Shown here piece by piece: positions 12,060 to 23,718 of a stretch of DNA of 64,000 nucleotides. This DNA is from Dialister sp. UBA7295 (lineage in GTDB: Bacteria; Bacillota; Negativicutes; Veillonellales; Dialisteraceae): the NCBI GenBank assembly GCA_002471975.1, contig DKQZ01000032.1:78463-142462 (forward strand), given 5' to 3'. Under the pieces are notes generated by a model that made no database searches, was not told the DNA's origin, and saw nothing but the letters and a program-made list of their open reading frames with translations. Made by a program: the position numbers and the translations under genes. Position 1 is the stretch's first letter. Each line of letters opens with the position of its first letter.

Positions 12060-13311
12060 AACGGTTTCCGTAGATATCCGGGAACAGTTTGCTATTTCCG
12101 AGGAGAGCGCCAGGAGCGGGCTCCGCCATCTTGATGAACAGGAGGGCATAGAGGAGGCAGTGGTTCTTTCCACTTGTAACCGGACTGAAATTTACGCTGT
12201 TCTTAAAGATAAGTCTGCAAAGGAAACTCTGGAAAAATTTTTCCTCGCTCTTTCCGGGAACAGTGAAGCCAAAAAAGAATATTTCTTCTATTTTGAAGGG
12301 GAAGAATGTATCCGCCATCTGTTTGAAGTGGCCTCCGGCCTTGATTCCATGGTGATTGGTGAAAGCCAGATTTTAAACCAGATTAAAACTGCTTATACCA
12401 TGGCGCTTTCAGAAAAAGCAACAAAGACAATCCTGAATACTCTTTTTCACAGGGCAATTACTACCGGAAAACGGGTTCGCACGGAAACCCGTATTTCCTA
12501 CAGTGCTGTCTCTGTCAGTTATGCGGCAGTCAAACTGGCAGAAAAGATTCTTGGCAGTCTTTCTGAAAAAACGGCCATGGTTTTTGGTGCCGGAGAGGCA
12601 GCGGAGCTTCTGGTGAAAAACCTGCAGGGCAAAGGTCTGAAAAAAGTCATTGTTACCAACCGTCATCTGGACAAGGCAGAGGAACTGGCAAAGAAAATCA
12701 ATGGGGAAGCAGTTCCTTTTACAAATGCTCTTTCCCATGCGGACGACGTGGATATCATGGTCACTGCAACCGGCGCTTCCCAGTATATCGTCAAAGCCTG
12801 GGATGTGCGGAATCTGATGATGCGGCGCGGCGCAAAACCGCTGGTAGCGATCGATATTGCCGTTCCCTGCGATATTGAGCCGGAAGTAGGAAATATCAGA
12901 AATGTTACTCTTTATAATATCGACCATCTGCAGGAAATCGTAGCCAATAATATCCGGTTCCGCGAAGAAGAGGCGGAGAGAGCCAAAGTCATTGTGGAAG
13001 AGGAAATCAAATCCATTGAAGATCGTTTCCGCTATTTAAGTACAAGGCCTGTCATGGTTTCTCTTTCCGACAAGGCAGAGGAAATCCGGCAGCGTGAACT
13101 GCGCAGGGGACTTGCTAAAATAGAAGGCCTTACGGAGGAAGACTGCCGTGTGCTTTCTCACATGACTCACATGATTGTTCGTAAAATTTTAAGAGAACCC
13201 ATGATTCAGCTGAATGAATTCGCGGGAACAGAATGGGAATCGAGAGATAAGAAAGCGGTTACCCGTCTCTTTAAACTGGACGTCAGAAAGGGGCAGGAAC
13301 TTGAAAAATAA
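12028..13311 (+). CDS. hemA: Glutamyl-tRNA reductase
   Basis: GLNHKT, LSTCNRTE, GLDSMVIGESQI, DIAVP. Confidence 0.95.
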   Translation: MQLVVLGLNHKTVSVDIREQFAISEESARSGLRHLDEQEGIEEAVVLSTCNRTEIYAVLKDKSAKETLEKFFLALSGNSEAKKEYFFYFEGEECIRHLFEVASGLDSMVIGESQILNQIKTAYTMALSEKATKTILNTLFHRAITTGKRVRTETRISYSAVSVSYAAVKLAEKILGSLSEKTAMVFGAGEAAELLVKNLQGKGLKKVIVTNRHLDKAEELAKKINGEAVPFTNALSHADDVDIMVTATGASQYIVKAWDVRNLMMRRGAKPLVAIDIAVPCDIEPEVGNIRNVTLYNIDHLQEIVANNIRFREEEAERAKVIVEEEIKSIEDRFRYLSTRPVMVSLSDKAEEIRQRELRRGLAKIEGLTEEDCRVLSHMTHMIVRKILREPMIQLNEFAGTEWESRDKKAVTRLFKLDVRKGQELEK

Positions 13312-14230
13312 AATAACGATCGCAACCCGGGAAAGCCTTCTGGCACTCTGGCAGGCAAACTATGTGGCTGACCGACTTCGGGAACAGTATCCCTCTCTTC
13401 AGGTTGAACTTTTACCTGTAACCACCAAAGGAGATCAGATACTGGATCGTCCCCTGGTGGAAATCGGCGGTAAAGGTCTTTTTATCAAGGAACTGGAAGT
13501 CATCCTTCTGGAAGGGAAAGCGGATATTGCGGTTCATTCTTTGAAAGATATGACGGCAGCCTGTCCGGAAGGCCTTACGATTGCTGCCGTTACGGACAGG
13601 GAAGATCCAAGAGATGCTTTTGTTTCCAATACATATAAATCCCTGAAAGAACTTCCGCTTCATGCCCGGGTGGGGACATCCAGCCTTCGCCGTCAGGCCC
13701 AGCTTCTTCACTGGAGAAATGACCTTGATGTACGATCCCTTCGTGGAAATGTACAGACCCGTCTCCGCCACCTGGATGAAGGAGATTTTGATGCGGTGAT
13801 TCTGGCTGCAGCCGGGCTGAAACGGCTGGGGCTGGGAGACCGGATTACTTCATATATTTCCACAGATGACAGCATTCCTGCCGCCGGCCAGGGCGTCATG
13901 GCCATTGAAGCCAGATCTTCTGATCAGGATACACTGGATCTGATTTCTTTCCTTCACAATAAGGAAGTGGCTTCCTGCATCCGGGCTGAACGGGCTTTTC
14001 TTGCCAAAGTGGGCGGAGACTGCAAAGTGCCGGCAGGGATTTATGCCATACCGTCAGGGAAAGGAAATATGGAAGTAAAGGCTTTTATTGCTTCTCCTGA
14101 TGGGAAAGAACTGTATCGTGCTGAGAATACAGGAACCATTGATGCTGCAGAATCACTGGGAAGTTCCATCGCGGAAAAACTGCTGGATGCCGGGGGAAGA
14201 CAGATTCTGGAGACGCTTCAGAAAATCTGA
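13301..14230 (+). CDS. hemC: Porphobilinogen deaminase
   Basis: IATRESLLALWQA, GKGLFIKELE, VHSLKD, GTSSLRR, RGNVQTR; TTG start. Confidence 0.95.
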   Translation: MKNKITIATRESLLALWQANYVADRLREQYPSLQVELLPVTTKGDQILDRPLVEIGGKGLFIKELEVILLEGKADIAVHSLKDMTAACPEGLTIAAVTDREDPRDAFVSNTYKSLKELPLHARVGTSSLRRQAQLLHWRNDLDVRSLRGNVQTRLRHLDEGDFDAVILAAAGLKRLGLGDRITSYISTDDSIPAAGQGVMAIEARSSDQDTLDLISFLHNKEVASCIRAERAFLAKVGGDCKVPAGIYAIPSGKGNMEVKAFIASPDGKELYRAENTGTIDAAESLGSSIAEKLLDAGGRQILETLQKI

Positions 14231-14250
14231 TTGTATTTGAGGAGAATTTT

Positions 14251-15771
14251 ATGAAAAAAGGGAAAGTTTATCTGATTGGTGCAGGGCCGGGAGATCCGGA
14301 ACTTCTGACGCTTAAGGGGAAAAGATGCCTGGAAGAAGCTGATGTGGTAGTTGGCGATTATCTTGCCGATAAAAGGCTTCTCCGCTTCATGAATCCGGAG
14401 GCCGAATATATTTATGTCGGCAAGAAGGCAGGCAATCATACCATGAAGCAGCATGATATCAGTCTCCTCCTGGCAGAAAAGGGAAAAGAGGGAAAAGTTG
14501 TTGCCCGTCTGAAAGGCGGAGACCCCTTCGTTTTCGGCCGCGGCGGGGAGGAAATCGAAGTTCTTAAAGAGGCAGGCGTGCCGTTTGAGGAAGTCCCCGG
14601 CGTTACGAGTGCTATTGCCGCTCCGGCTTACGCAGGAATCCCGGTGACCCACCGTAAAATAGCAGCATCTTTTGCTGTCATTACCGGTCATGAAGACCCG
14701 ACAAAAAATGAATCTTCCATTCACTGGGACAAGCTCGCCGGCGGAGTGGACACACTGATTTTCCTTATGGGCGTGTCTAATACGGCCATGATTGCTTCCC
14801 AATTGATTAAATATGGTAGAAGCAAGGATACGCCGGCAGCCTTTGTCCGCTGGGGCACCCGTCCTTATCAGGAAACGTATACCACGACGCTGGAAAATGC
14901 ATCGGAAGATGTTAAGAAACTTGGCATTAAGCCGCCGGCGGTATTCATTGTCGGAGATGTGGTCAATCTCCGGCAGGATATGAGGTGGTTTGACAACCGT
15001 CCCCTTTTTGGAAAACGTATCATCGTTACGCGCTCAAGATCCCAGGCTTCCCGTCTCGTGGATGTGCTGAATGAAAAAGGCGCCGAAACCATCGAGATTC
15101 CGACAATAGCTATCAAAGAGCCTTCCGATAACTATAAAGGAATGGATGAGGCGCTTGAACACATTTCAACTTACGACTGGCTTCTTTTTACCAGTCAGAA
15201 CGGGGTGGATTATTTCTTCAAACGGCTTTATGATAAAGGAATGGATACCAGGGCATTGGGCCATCTGAAAATCGGTGCCATCGGACCGGCAACGGCCCGC
15301 TGGCTTGCCCGTCATGGCATAATGGCAGATTGTGTGCCTGAAAAATACAAGGCAGAAAATCTGCTGGCCGTTATGAAACCCCTCCTTAAAGGAAATGAGA
15401 AGATTCTTCTTGCCAGGGCAAAAGTGGCAAGAAGTGTTCTTCCGGAAGGACTGCGCGATTTGGGCTGTTCTGTGGATGTGGTAGAAGCATACCAGACCGT
15501 ATCGGATGAGGAGAATAAAGAGAAACTGATTGAAATTCTTCAGAATCATGATGCCGATATGATTACTTTTACCAGTTCATCAACGGTTTACAACCTGATG
15601 AACCAGCTTGATGGGAAAGGTGAGCTTTTAAAGGGCGTAACCCTTGCCTGTATCGGGCCCATTACGGCAGACACCTGCAGGAAATATAATCTGGAACCAT
15701 CTATTATTTCCAAAGTTTTTACAATTGATGGTCTTGTTCATGCCATTGAAGAAGGAGTCAGTCAGAAATGA
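14251..15771 (+). CDS. cobA: Uroporphyrinogen-III methyltransferase/synthase fusion (CobA-HemD)
   Basis: [27 protein letters not shown]; C-terminal HemD domain (FTSQNGV, FTSSSTV, CIGPIT). Confidence 0.93.
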   Translation: MKKGKVYLIGAGPGDPELLTLKGKRCLEEADVVVGDYLADKRLLRFMNPEAEYIYVGKKAGNHTMKQHDISLLLAEKGKEGKVVARLKGGDPFVFGRGGEEIEVLKEAGVPFEEVPGVTSAIAAPAYAGIPVTHRKIAASFAVITGHEDPTKNESSIHWDKLAGGVDTLIFLMGVSNTAMIASQLIKYGRSKDTPAAFVRWGTRPYQETYTTTLENASEDVKKLGIKPPAVFIVGDVVNLRQDMRWFDNRPLFGKRIIVTRSRSQASRLVDVLNEKGAETIEIPTIAIKEPSDNYKGMDEALEHISTYDWLLFTSQNGVDYFFKRLYDKGMDTRALGHLKIGAIGPATARWLARHGIMADCVPEKYKAENLLAVMKPLLKGNEKILLARAKVARSVLPEGLRDLGCSVDVVEAYQTVSDEENKEKLIEILQNHDADMITFTSSSTVYNLMNQLDGKGELLKGVTLACIGPITADTCRKYNLEPSIISKVFTIDGLVHAIEEGVSQK

Positions 15772-16754
15772 AATTAAATACTCTTCGCCCAAGACGTCTC
15801 AGAAGAACGGAAGCGATCCGTTCCATGGTCAGGGAAAATTCCCTGGAACTCAATGATTTCGTTTACCCGATTTTCGTTGTGCCGGGAACCAATATTAAAG
15901 AAGAAATTCCAAGTATGCCGGGACAGTACCATCTCTCCGTTGATAACGCGGTGAAGGTGGCTGAAGAAATTTATAAAATGGGTATTCCTGCCGTGGAAGT
16001 TTTCGGCCTTCCGGAATACAAGGATGATATCGGATCTTCTGCCTGGGATAAGACAAGTCCTGTGCAGCGTGCTATGAAAGCCATCAAGGCAGCGGTACCG
16101 GAACTCGTTATCGTAGGCGACGTGTGTCTCTGCCAGTATACGAAGAGTGGTCACTGCGGCCAGCTGAAGGGTCATGAAGTGGATAATGATCCAACCCTTG
16201 AATTGCTTGCCAAAGTGGCTCTTTCCCAGGCTGAATGCGGCGCGGACATTGTGGCACCGTCTGATATGATGGATGGCCGTATTGCGAAAATCCGTGAAAC
16301 CCTGGATGCCAATGACCTTCAGGATGTTTCCATTATGTCTTATGCAGTCAAATATGCATCCGGCTATTATGGACCGTTCCGTGATGCTGCCGATTCTGCT
16401 CCCCAGTTTGGTGACCGCAGGGGTTACCAGATGGACCCGGCAAACAGCAGGGAAGCCATGAAGGAAGTAGATCTGGATATGGAAGAAGGAGCAGATATCA
16501 TCATGGTAAAACCGGCTCTGGCCTATCTGGATATCGTCCGTCAGGTTCGTGACCATGTAAACCGCCCTGTTGCAACGTATAATGTGTCCGGCGAATATGC
16601 CATGGTCAAGGCGGCCGCAGCAAAGGGCTGGATTGATGAAAAGAGAATCGTCATGGAATCCCTGCTCTGCATGAAACGGGCCGGTGCGGATATCATTATT
16701 TCCTACCATGCACCTGACGTGGCCAAATGGATGAAGGAGGAAAAGGGGTTATGA
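15768..16754 (+). CDS. hemB: Porphobilinogen synthase
   Basis: [38 protein letters not shown]. Confidence 0.96.
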   Translation: MKLNTLRPRRLRRTEAIRSMVRENSLELNDFVYPIFVVPGTNIKEEIPSMPGQYHLSVDNAVKVAEEIYKMGIPAVEVFGLPEYKDDIGSSAWDKTSPVQRAMKAIKAAVPELVIVGDVCLCQYTKSGHCGQLKGHEVDNDPTLELLAKVALSQAECGADIVAPSDMMDGRIAKIRETLDANDLQDVSIMSYAVKYASGYYGPFRDAADSAPQFGDRRGYQMDPANSREAMKEVDLDMEEGADIIMVKPALAYLDIVRQVRDHVNRPVATYNVSGEYAMVKAAAAKGWIDEKRIVMESLLCMKRAGADIIISYHAPDVAKWMKEEKGL

Positions 16755-18049
16755 TCAGCCTGGAAAAATCGAAGGCTGCCTTTGAGGAAGCCCGGCTTTA
16801 CATGCCGGGGGGAGTCAACAGTCCTGTTCGTTCCTATCCCCATATGGGCTGCCCGCCACCTTTCATCAAAGAGGCAAAAGGCTCTCATATTACTGATATT
16901 GATGGAAATACTTACATTGATTATGTAGGTTCCTGGGGGCCCATGGTCCTTGGTCATGCTCATCCTGCCGTGATTTCTGCCATTCAGAAAGCCGCAGAAC
17001 GAAGCACCAGCTATGGGGCTCCCACGCTGATGGAAACGGAAATCGCCAGGCTGATTCATGAAGTATATCCTTCCATCGAAAAGATGCGTATGGTCAATTC
17101 CGGTACTGAGGCTACCATGAGCGCACTTCGTGCAGCCCGCGGCTATACGGGACGAGATAAAATCCTGAAATTTGAAGGATGTTATCATGGACATGGGGAC
17201 AGCCTTCTTGTAAAGGCCGGTTCCGGTGCGGCTACTTTTGGAAGTCCTGATTCAGCCGGGGTAACAAAAGGAACGGCCAAAGATACCCTTGTCGTACCCT
17301 ATAATGATATTCCCGCATTTACCCGGATCATGGATGAACAGGGTGATGAAATCGCTGCTGTCATTGTAGAACCGGTAGCAGGAAATATGTGCTGTGTCCC
17401 GCCGGTAGATGGATTCCTCGATACGCTCCGGAAGGAAACGGAAAAACATGGTACAGTCCTTATATTTGATGAAGTCATGTGCGGTTTCCGTACGGCTTTC
17501 CATGGAGCCCAGGCAAGATACCATATTCATCCGGATCTGACCTGCCTTGGCAAAATCATTGGCGGGGGCCTTCCGGCTGCCGCTTATGGCGGACGCAGGG
17601 AAATCATGAACTGCATCGCCCCGGATGGAAGTGTTTATCAGGCAGGAACTCTTTCCGGAAATCCTCTGGCCGTGACTGCCGGTATTGAAACACTGAAGCA
17701 GATGATGGCCATTCCGGATTTCGATCAGATTCTCGAAAAGAAGACCAGAGCCCTTCTGGAAGGCTGGAAAAAGGCTGCCGACAAAGCGGGAGTACCACTG
17801 GTATGCCATCAGTCCGGCTCCATGTTTGGCATTTTCTTCTCCGATAAGGAAGTCCTGAACTACCAGGATGCCTGCGCAGCCAATGCGAAACAGTTCAAAG
17901 CCTGGTTCCTCTCCATGCTGGATCAGCATATTTATCTGGCACCTTCTCCTTTTGAAACGCTGTTCATGTCCTTTGCACACAGTGATGAGGACATTGAAGT
18001 GAGCATTCGTGCAGCTGAAAAGGCAATGGAAGCCGCAGCAAAAGCATAA
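16751..18049 (+). CDS. hemL: Glutamate-1-semialdehyde 2,1-aminomutase
   Basis: [45 protein letters not shown]. Confidence 0.96.
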   Translation: MISLEKSKAAFEEARLYMPGGVNSPVRSYPHMGCPPPFIKEAKGSHITDIDGNTYIDYVGSWGPMVLGHAHPAVISAIQKAAERSTSYGAPTLMETEIARLIHEVYPSIEKMRMVNSGTEATMSALRAARGYTGRDKILKFEGCYHGHGDSLLVKAGSGAATFGSPDSAGVTKGTAKDTLVVPYNDIPAFTRIMDEQGDEIAAVIVEPVAGNMCCVPPVDGFLDTLRKETEKHGTVLIFDEVMCGFRTAFHGAQARYHIHPDLTCLGKIIGGGLPAAAYGGRREIMNCIAPDGSVYQAGTLSGNPLAVTAGIETLKQMMAIPDFDQILEKKTRALLEGWKKAADKAGVPLVCHQSGSMFGIFFSDKEVLNYQDACAANAKQFKAWFLSMLDQHIYLAPSPFETLFMSFAHSDEDIEVSIRAAEKAMEAAAKA

Positions 18050-18056
18050 TTTTTAT

Positions 18057-18095
18057 AAAAAATCCCGGTTCTCGCCAAGAGACCCGGGATTTTTT
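18057..18095. terminator. Terminator of the hem operon
   Basis: AAAAAATCCCGG-ttctcgccaagagac-CCGGGATTTTTT. Confidence 0.85.
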
Positions 18096-18273
18096 GCATT
18101 CAATTTCATAATATATTTTTCAAAATATGATTTAAATCATTACTGAATATCATAACAAATCGTTAATTCATACTATTTATTTATGAATTGCTTTTACTCA
18201 TTGACGAATCATTTCATTCAATCTTACAATGAATAGAAAGAGAAAATTGAACATTCTTTCAGCAGGAGGTACC

Positions 18274-18627
18274 ATGCAGACTACCGCTTTTGGGAATGAT
18301 GGAGAAAGCCTTGCAAAAGTTTACCTGATGAAAAAAGGATATCGGTTTATCAGGCGGAATTTCAAAAGTGCTCATGGTGAAATCGATCTGATTATGGAAG
18401 ATGGGGAAACTCTGGTCTTTGTGGAGGTTAAAAGCCGGCACAACCGAAGGTATGGCGAACCGGTGGAATCGGTGAGGCCGGTGAAACAGCAGCATATCCG
18501 TTATACGGCCAGAATGTACCTTCTGGGCCGCCGTATCGAAGGAAGGAGAATCCGTTTTGATGTGGTGGAAATCCTGGCAGAGCCCGGAGGGACTGCCAGA
18601 TATCGTCATATAAAGAATGCTTTCTGA
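18274..18627 (+). CDS. yraN: YraN (UPF0102) nuclease-fold protein
   Basis: GE..A..YL, GEIDLI, FVEVKSR, RFDVV, HIKNAF; RBS AGGAGG. Confidence 0.92.
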   Translation: MQTTAFGNDGESLAKVYLMKKGYRFIRRNFKSAHGEIDLIMEDGETLVFVEVKSRHNRRYGEPVESVRPVKQQHIRYTARMYLLGRRIEGRRIRFDVVEILAEPGGTARYRHIKNAF

Positions 18628-18652
18628 ACAGAATTTTGACCAATAAGGAGAA

Positions 18653-20173
18653 ATGCCTATGTATTCAAAAGTTCTGGGAACGACCACTTTCGGGCTTAAC
18701 GGGCATGTGATTGGTGTGGAAGTAGATATCAACAAAGCTGTACCTGCTTTTGATATCGTCGGACTTCCGGCAGCTTCCATCAAGGAATCGAAGGAACGGG
18801 TCCATTCGGCCATTCGGAATTCCGGTTACCATTTCCCTGTCGACAAGGTCACGGTCAATCTGGCGCCGGCGGATTTGAAGAAGGATGGTTCCGGTCTGGA
18901 TTTGCCCATTGCCATCGGGCTTCTGGCAGCGAGTGGTGAAATTCCTGCGGAATGTCTGACCGATACGATTTTTATTGGAGAACTATCCTTAAAGGGAGAA
19001 ATACGGCCGGTTCCCGGCATTCTTTCCATGGTACTTGCGGGGAAAGAAGCGGGGATATCCCGTTTCTTCATGGCCCCTGGAGTGACCAACGAAGCTCTTC
19101 TCTGCGAAAATATAGAGGTTTATGGTCCAAAGACACTTAGGGAACTGGTGGAATTCCTGATAGGGAAAGAACCCCTGCCGCCGGCAGTGCGCCATGAAAC
19201 AAGACAGGAAATCATGAGCGACGTGGATTTTGCCGAGGTGCAGGGACAGTTCATGGCGAAAAGGGCTATGGAAATTGCGGCAGCCGGTGCCCATAATATG
19301 CTCATGACCGGACCTCCGGGCTCAGGAAAGACCATGCTTGCCCGCCGAATTACCACCATTCTTCCGCCCATGACAAGGGAAGAAGCGCTGGAAGTCACGA
19401 AAATTTACAGCGTGGCCGGACTTTTCAAAGCGCAGGACATCATCAGGGAAAGACCTTTCAGGAGCCCGCATCATACGATCAGCATGGCCGGCCTTATCGG
19501 CGGCGGCACGATTCCCCGTCCGGGAGAAGTGACGCTGGCTCACCGGGGCGTACTGTTCCTTGATGAACTTCCTGAATTTCCAAGATCCGTATTGGAAGTG
19601 CTCCGACAGCCCCTTGAGGACAGGGAGGTTCATATTTCCAGAGTGAATGCATCGTTCACTTACCCTGCGGATTTTATTCTTATTGCAGCCATGAATCCAT
19701 GTCCCTGCGGCTATCTGGGGGATCCTGATCATCCCTGTACCTGCACGGATGGGGAAATAAGGAGTTACGGGCGAAAGATTTCAGGCCCTCTGCTGGATAG
19801 AATTGATCTTCATGTATCGGTGCAGCGGCCTAAATACAGTGAATTGACGGCAACTATCAAGGGAGAAGCCTCTAAAGATATAGCTGCCCGGGTGGCCTCG
19901 GCAAGGGCGATTCAGGCAGAACGGCTGTCACGCTGGCATATGCAGAACAATGCCCAGATGGGCCACCGGCAGCTGAAAGAAACCTGCGCACTGGATAAAG
20001 ATGGTACGGAAATGCTGAGGGAGGTTTTTGAAAAACTTCATTTATCGGCACGAAGCTATGACCGCATTATCAAAGTGGCAAGAACCATTGCTGATCTGGA
20101 CGGGAAAGAACAGATTCAGTCGGATCATGTCGCAGAGGCCATCAGTTATCGGAATATGATTCCCCGGAGGTAA
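18653..20173 (+). CDS. comM: ComM/YifB Mg-chelatase-like AAA+ ATPase
   Basis: VNLAPADLKK, GPPGSGKT, PFRSPHH, LFLDELPEF, NPCPCG. Confidence 0.93.
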   Translation: MPMYSKVLGTTTFGLNGHVIGVEVDINKAVPAFDIVGLPAASIKESKERVHSAIRNSGYHFPVDKVTVNLAPADLKKDGSGLDLPIAIGLLAASGEIPAECLTDTIFIGELSLKGEIRPVPGILSMVLAGKEAGISRFFMAPGVTNEALLCENIEVYGPKTLRELVEFLIGKEPLPPAVRHETRQEIMSDVDFAEVQGQFMAKRAMEIAAAGAHNMLMTGPPGSGKTMLARRITTILPPMTREEALEVTKIYSVAGLFKAQDIIRERPFRSPHHTISMAGLIGGGTIPRPGEVTLAHRGVLFLDELPEFPRSVLEVLRQPLEDREVHISRVNASFTYPADFILIAAMNPCPCGYLGDPDHPCTCTDGEIRSYGRKISGPLLDRIDLHVSVQRPKYSELTATIKGEASKDIAARVASARAIQAERLSRWHMQNNAQMGHRQLKETCALDKDGTEMLREVFEKLHLSARSYDRIIKVARTIADLDGKEQIQSDHVAEAISYRNMIPRR

Positions 20174-20176
20174 GTT

Positions 20177-21265
20177 ATGGATAAGTATGCGGCTGCCCTT
20201 CCGGGATGCCCGGGCCTTGGCGCGAAACACATGCGGGGACTCATTGAATTCTTTAATACGCCGGAAGATGTATGGAAAGCATCCGACGAGGATATACGCA
20301 ATGCGAAGATTTTAAAAGGGAAGACCGAAGCAGCATTTCTGGAATGGCGGCATACGACAGATCCGGACCGGGTAGAAGAGGAATTATTTAAGACAGATAT
20401 CCGCTGCTGCACCTGGGAAGATGAAGATTATCCACCTCTCCTTGCAACAACTTCCAATCCGCCAGCGGTCCTCTTTTATAAAGGAGCCGTGCCAACCGAT
20501 GAAAAATTGATTGCCGTAGTGGGCTCCAGAAAAGCTACTTCCTATGGAATCCAGACGGCAGGAACTTTTTCCAGGGAACTGGCAAAGCAGGAAGTAACCA
20601 TTGTTTCCGGAGGCGCCAGAGGAATTGACAGCGCCGCCCATAAAGGAGCACTGGAAGGAAAGGGAAAAACTATTGTAGTAGCCGCCTGCGGCCTGGACCG
20701 GGTCTATCCGCCGGAAAACAGGAATCTTTTTCTCCAGATTGTTGAAAATGGAGGGACCCTTATTTCCGAATATCCGCTGGGGACACCTCCCCTGGGACGG
20801 CAGTTTCCTGCCAGGAATCGTATTATTTCCGGCATGGCAAGGGGAGTTATTGTCGTGGAAGCGGCGGAGCGGAGTGGATCCCTGATCACTTCTGATTTTG
20901 CCCTGGAAGAGGGAAGGGACGTTTTTTCCGTACCCGGGAGCATCTATATTCCCTCCTGCAAAGGGACGAACCAGTTAATACGGAATGGGGCTATCTGCTG
21001 TACTTCCTATAAAGATGTGCTCAGCGAATATGGCTGGGGTGCGGTAGAAAAGCCGGGCAAAGAAAAAGTTTTCAAAGAACAGTTGACACTGGAAGAAGAA
21101 TTGGTGTATCGTTTCTGCTGTACGGAAAATGAGATTACTGCGGAGGATATCATTCAGCAGTCCGGTTTGTCTGTGGTGAAATTGACTATGCTCCTCCTTC
21201 AACTGCAGCTGAAAGGTTATATTAAGGAAACCGGCCCCGGCAGGTATATCGTAATCAAAAGCTGA
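20177..21265 (+). CDS. dprA: DNA-processing protein DprA
   Basis: AVVGSR, VSGGARGID..AH, SEYP, FPARNRIISG, SGSLIT. Confidence 0.95.
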   Translation: MDKYAAALPGCPGLGAKHMRGLIEFFNTPEDVWKASDEDIRNAKILKGKTEAAFLEWRHTTDPDRVEEELFKTDIRCCTWEDEDYPPLLATTSNPPAVLFYKGAVPTDEKLIAVVGSRKATSYGIQTAGTFSRELAKQEVTIVSGGARGIDSAAHKGALEGKGKTIVVAACGLDRVYPPENRNLFLQIVENGGTLISEYPLGTPPLGRQFPARNRIISGMARGVIVVEAAERSGSLITSDFALEEGRDVFSVPGSIYIPSCKGTNQLIRNGAICCTSYKDVLSEYGWGAVEKPGKEKVFKEQLTLEEELVYRFCCTENEITAEDIIQQSGLSVVKLTMLLLQLQLKGYIKETGPGRYIVIKS

Positions 21266-21330
21266 ACAGTTATAAACCTCGGGTAATCTTTGGATTTATA
21301 TGGACTTAATTTCTTCAGGGAGGATTCATC

Positions 21331-23718
21331 TTGCCCATTACAAGAACGATTACAATTACAAAGAAAAGAAAAGGCCGCAAGACCGGTGAAATTACATTCA
21401 GGAGAAAACCCAATCCTAAAGGAAAGCATCTGGTAGTCGTGGAATCACCGGCAAAAGCAAAGACGATTGAACGGATCCTTGGTCCCGATTATAAAGTCAT
21501 GGCTTCGAAAGGTCATCTGCGGGATCTTCCAAAGAAAACGCTGGGGGTCGACATCGATGACGGTTTTACCCCGGAATATGTGGATTCCGTGGAACGGGAG
21601 TCTGTCATTAAGGATTTACAGAAGGAAGCCAACCGGGCCAGGGACGTGCTTCTGGCAACGGACCCCGACCGTGAAGGCGAAGCGATTTCCTGGCATCTGT
21701 CAAAGCTTCTTGACGTCAATCCTGCTGATCATGTACGAATCGCTTTTCATGAAATTACCCCGCCGGCTATCAGGGCAGCCATTGCCCATCCCGGACCGAT
21801 TGATATGAACCGCGTCGATGCCCAGCAGGCAAGACGCGTACTGGATCGTCTCGTGGGATATAAACTTTCCCCCTGGCTCTGGAAACAGATTTATCGGGGA
21901 CTTTCGGCCGGCCGCGTGCAATCCGTGGCAACCCGCCTTATCTGTGAAAGGGAAGAAGAAATCAAAGCCTTCAAGCCGGAAGAGTACTGGACGATTGAGG
22001 GCATTTATCAGAAAGATAACCGGGAAAAATTTACTGCAAAACTCATCCAGATTGATGGAAAAGAAGCGGTGATTTCAGATAAGGAAACGTCAGACCGGGC
22101 CGTGGCTGAAATCGATGGGAAAGATGCGGAAATCCTTTCCGTCGTCAAGTCGGTGAAGCAGAGGAAGGCAAAGCCTCCCTATACCACATCCACTATGCAG
22201 CAGGATGCCGTCAACAAGCTCAATTTCCCATCCAGAAGGACTATGGCGGTTGCCCAGACACTGTACGAAGGCATAGAAGTGCCGGGCCATGGTCATGTGG
22301 GCCTTATTACCTATATGCGTACGGATTCTACCCGTATTTCTGATGAAATGATCAATCAGGTACGGCCTTATATAGAATCGGTATACGGGGAAGAATACCT
22401 GCCGCCGAAGCCTAATATATTTGCAAAATCAAAAAAGGCCCAGGATGCCCATGAAGCCATTCGTCCCACCAGCCTTCTTTTCCCGCCGGAGGCGCTGGAA
22501 TCCGTGCTGACACGGGAGCAGATCAAGCTGTATACGCTGATCTGGAACCGCTTTATCGCAAGCCAGATGGCTCCACAGAAACAGCAGACCACTACGGCCC
22601 TTTTGGGAAGTGGACGATGTGTGCTGAAGGCGACGGGAAGCAGAGTCCTTTTTGATGGATTCACTGTCATGCAGTCGGCCAAAGAAAAGAAGGCGGAAGG
22701 CGAAGATATCCATGAGCTTCCATCCCTGAAAAAAGGCGAAATTGTCAGAAATGTGAAGACAGAGGGGGAACAGCATTTTACTTCCCCGCCGCCCCGGTAT
22801 ACAGAAGCCAGCCTCATCAAAACGCTGGAGGAAAAGGGGATTGGACGTCCTTCCACCTATGCTCCTATCCTGGATACAATTCAGAAGAGGCAGTATGTGG
22901 TAAAAGAAGGGAAGCAGTTCGTCCCTACGGAAATCGGATTCAAGACGACGGATCTTCTGAAAAAATATTTCGAAGGAATCATCAATGTGGATTTTACGGC
23001 CAGCCTGGAAAGCTGGCTGGACAAAATTGCCGATGGACAGGCTACCTATACGAAGGTCCTTACCGATTTCTATAAAGTCTTCAGCAGCGAACTGGAAGCC
23101 GCCAATGTGGAATCTGAAAAGGAACGGAAAGAGAACCAGGTAGTCACCGATGTGAAATGTGAGAAATGCGGCGCCAATATGATCGTGAAGGTTGGGCGCT
23201 ACGGTAAGTACCTGGCCTGCCCGAATTATCCGGAATGCCGGAATATCAAGCCCTACAGTGTGCTCAAGGGAGAGGAAGAAGTTTCCGATGTGCATTGTGA
23301 TCAGTGCGGGACCCTTATGGTCTATCGGGAGGGCCCCTATGGACGGTACCTGAAATGCCCGAATTGCAATGCGAATAAAGCCATTGTCATCGATACCGGC
23401 ATTACCTGTCCCAAATGTCATGAAGGCCATATGGTGCAGAGGAAGAGCCGGAAAGGTAAAATCTTTTATGGCTGCAGCCGGTATCCGAAATGTGATATGG
23501 CTCTCTGGAATGAACCGGTCAATCAGTTCTGCCCCACCTGTGGCTCCATTATGGTCAAGAAAAAATATAAGACGGGAAAGGAGTTTATTACCTGCTCCAA
23601 TCCTGAGTGCCCGACCCATTCCAAGCGGAATCATTCCGGCGTGAATGACGGGGAAAGTCCCTCATCCAAAAAAGCAGGCAGGACCCGTCGCAGTGAAGAA
23701 TCGGGAGTATCAGAGTGA
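21331..23718 (+). CDS. topA: DNA topoisomerase I
   Basis: [33 protein letters not shown]-terminal Zn ribbons. Confidence 0.96.
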   Translation: MPITRTITITKKRKGRKTGEITFRRKPNPKGKHLVVVESPAKAKTIERILGPDYKVMASKGHLRDLPKKTLGVDIDDGFTPEYVDSVERESVIKDLQKEANRARDVLLATDPDREGEAISWHLSKLLDVNPADHVRIAFHEITPPAIRAAIAHPGPIDMNRVDAQQARRVLDRLVGYKLSPWLWKQIYRGLSAGRVQSVATRLICEREEEIKAFKPEEYWTIEGIYQKDNREKFTAKLIQIDGKEAVISDKETSDRAVAEIDGKDAEILSVVKSVKQRKAKPPYTTSTMQQDAVNKLNFPSRRTMAVAQTLYEGIEVPGHGHVGLITYMRTDSTRISDEMINQVRPYIESVYGEEYLPPKPNIFAKSKKAQDAHEAIRPTSLLFPPEALESVLTREQIKLYTLIWNRFIASQMAPQKQQTTTALLGSGRCVLKATGSRVLFDGFTVMQSAKEKKAEGEDIHELPSLKKGEIVRNVKTEGEQHFTSPPPRYTEASLIKTLEEKGIGRPSTYAPILDTIQKRQYVVKEGKQFVPTEIGFKTTDLLKKYFEGIINVDFTASLESWLDKIADGQATYTKVLTDFYKVFSSELEAANVESEKERKENQVVTDVKCEKCGANMIVKVGRYGKYLACPNYPECRNIKPYSVLKGEEEVSDVHCDQCGTLMVYREGPYGRYLKCPNCNANKAIVIDTGITCPKCHEGHMVQRKSRKGKIFYGCSRYPKCDMALWNEPVNQFCPTCGSIMVKKKYKTGKEFITCSNPECPTHSKRNHSGVNDGESPSSKKAGRTRRSEESGVSE

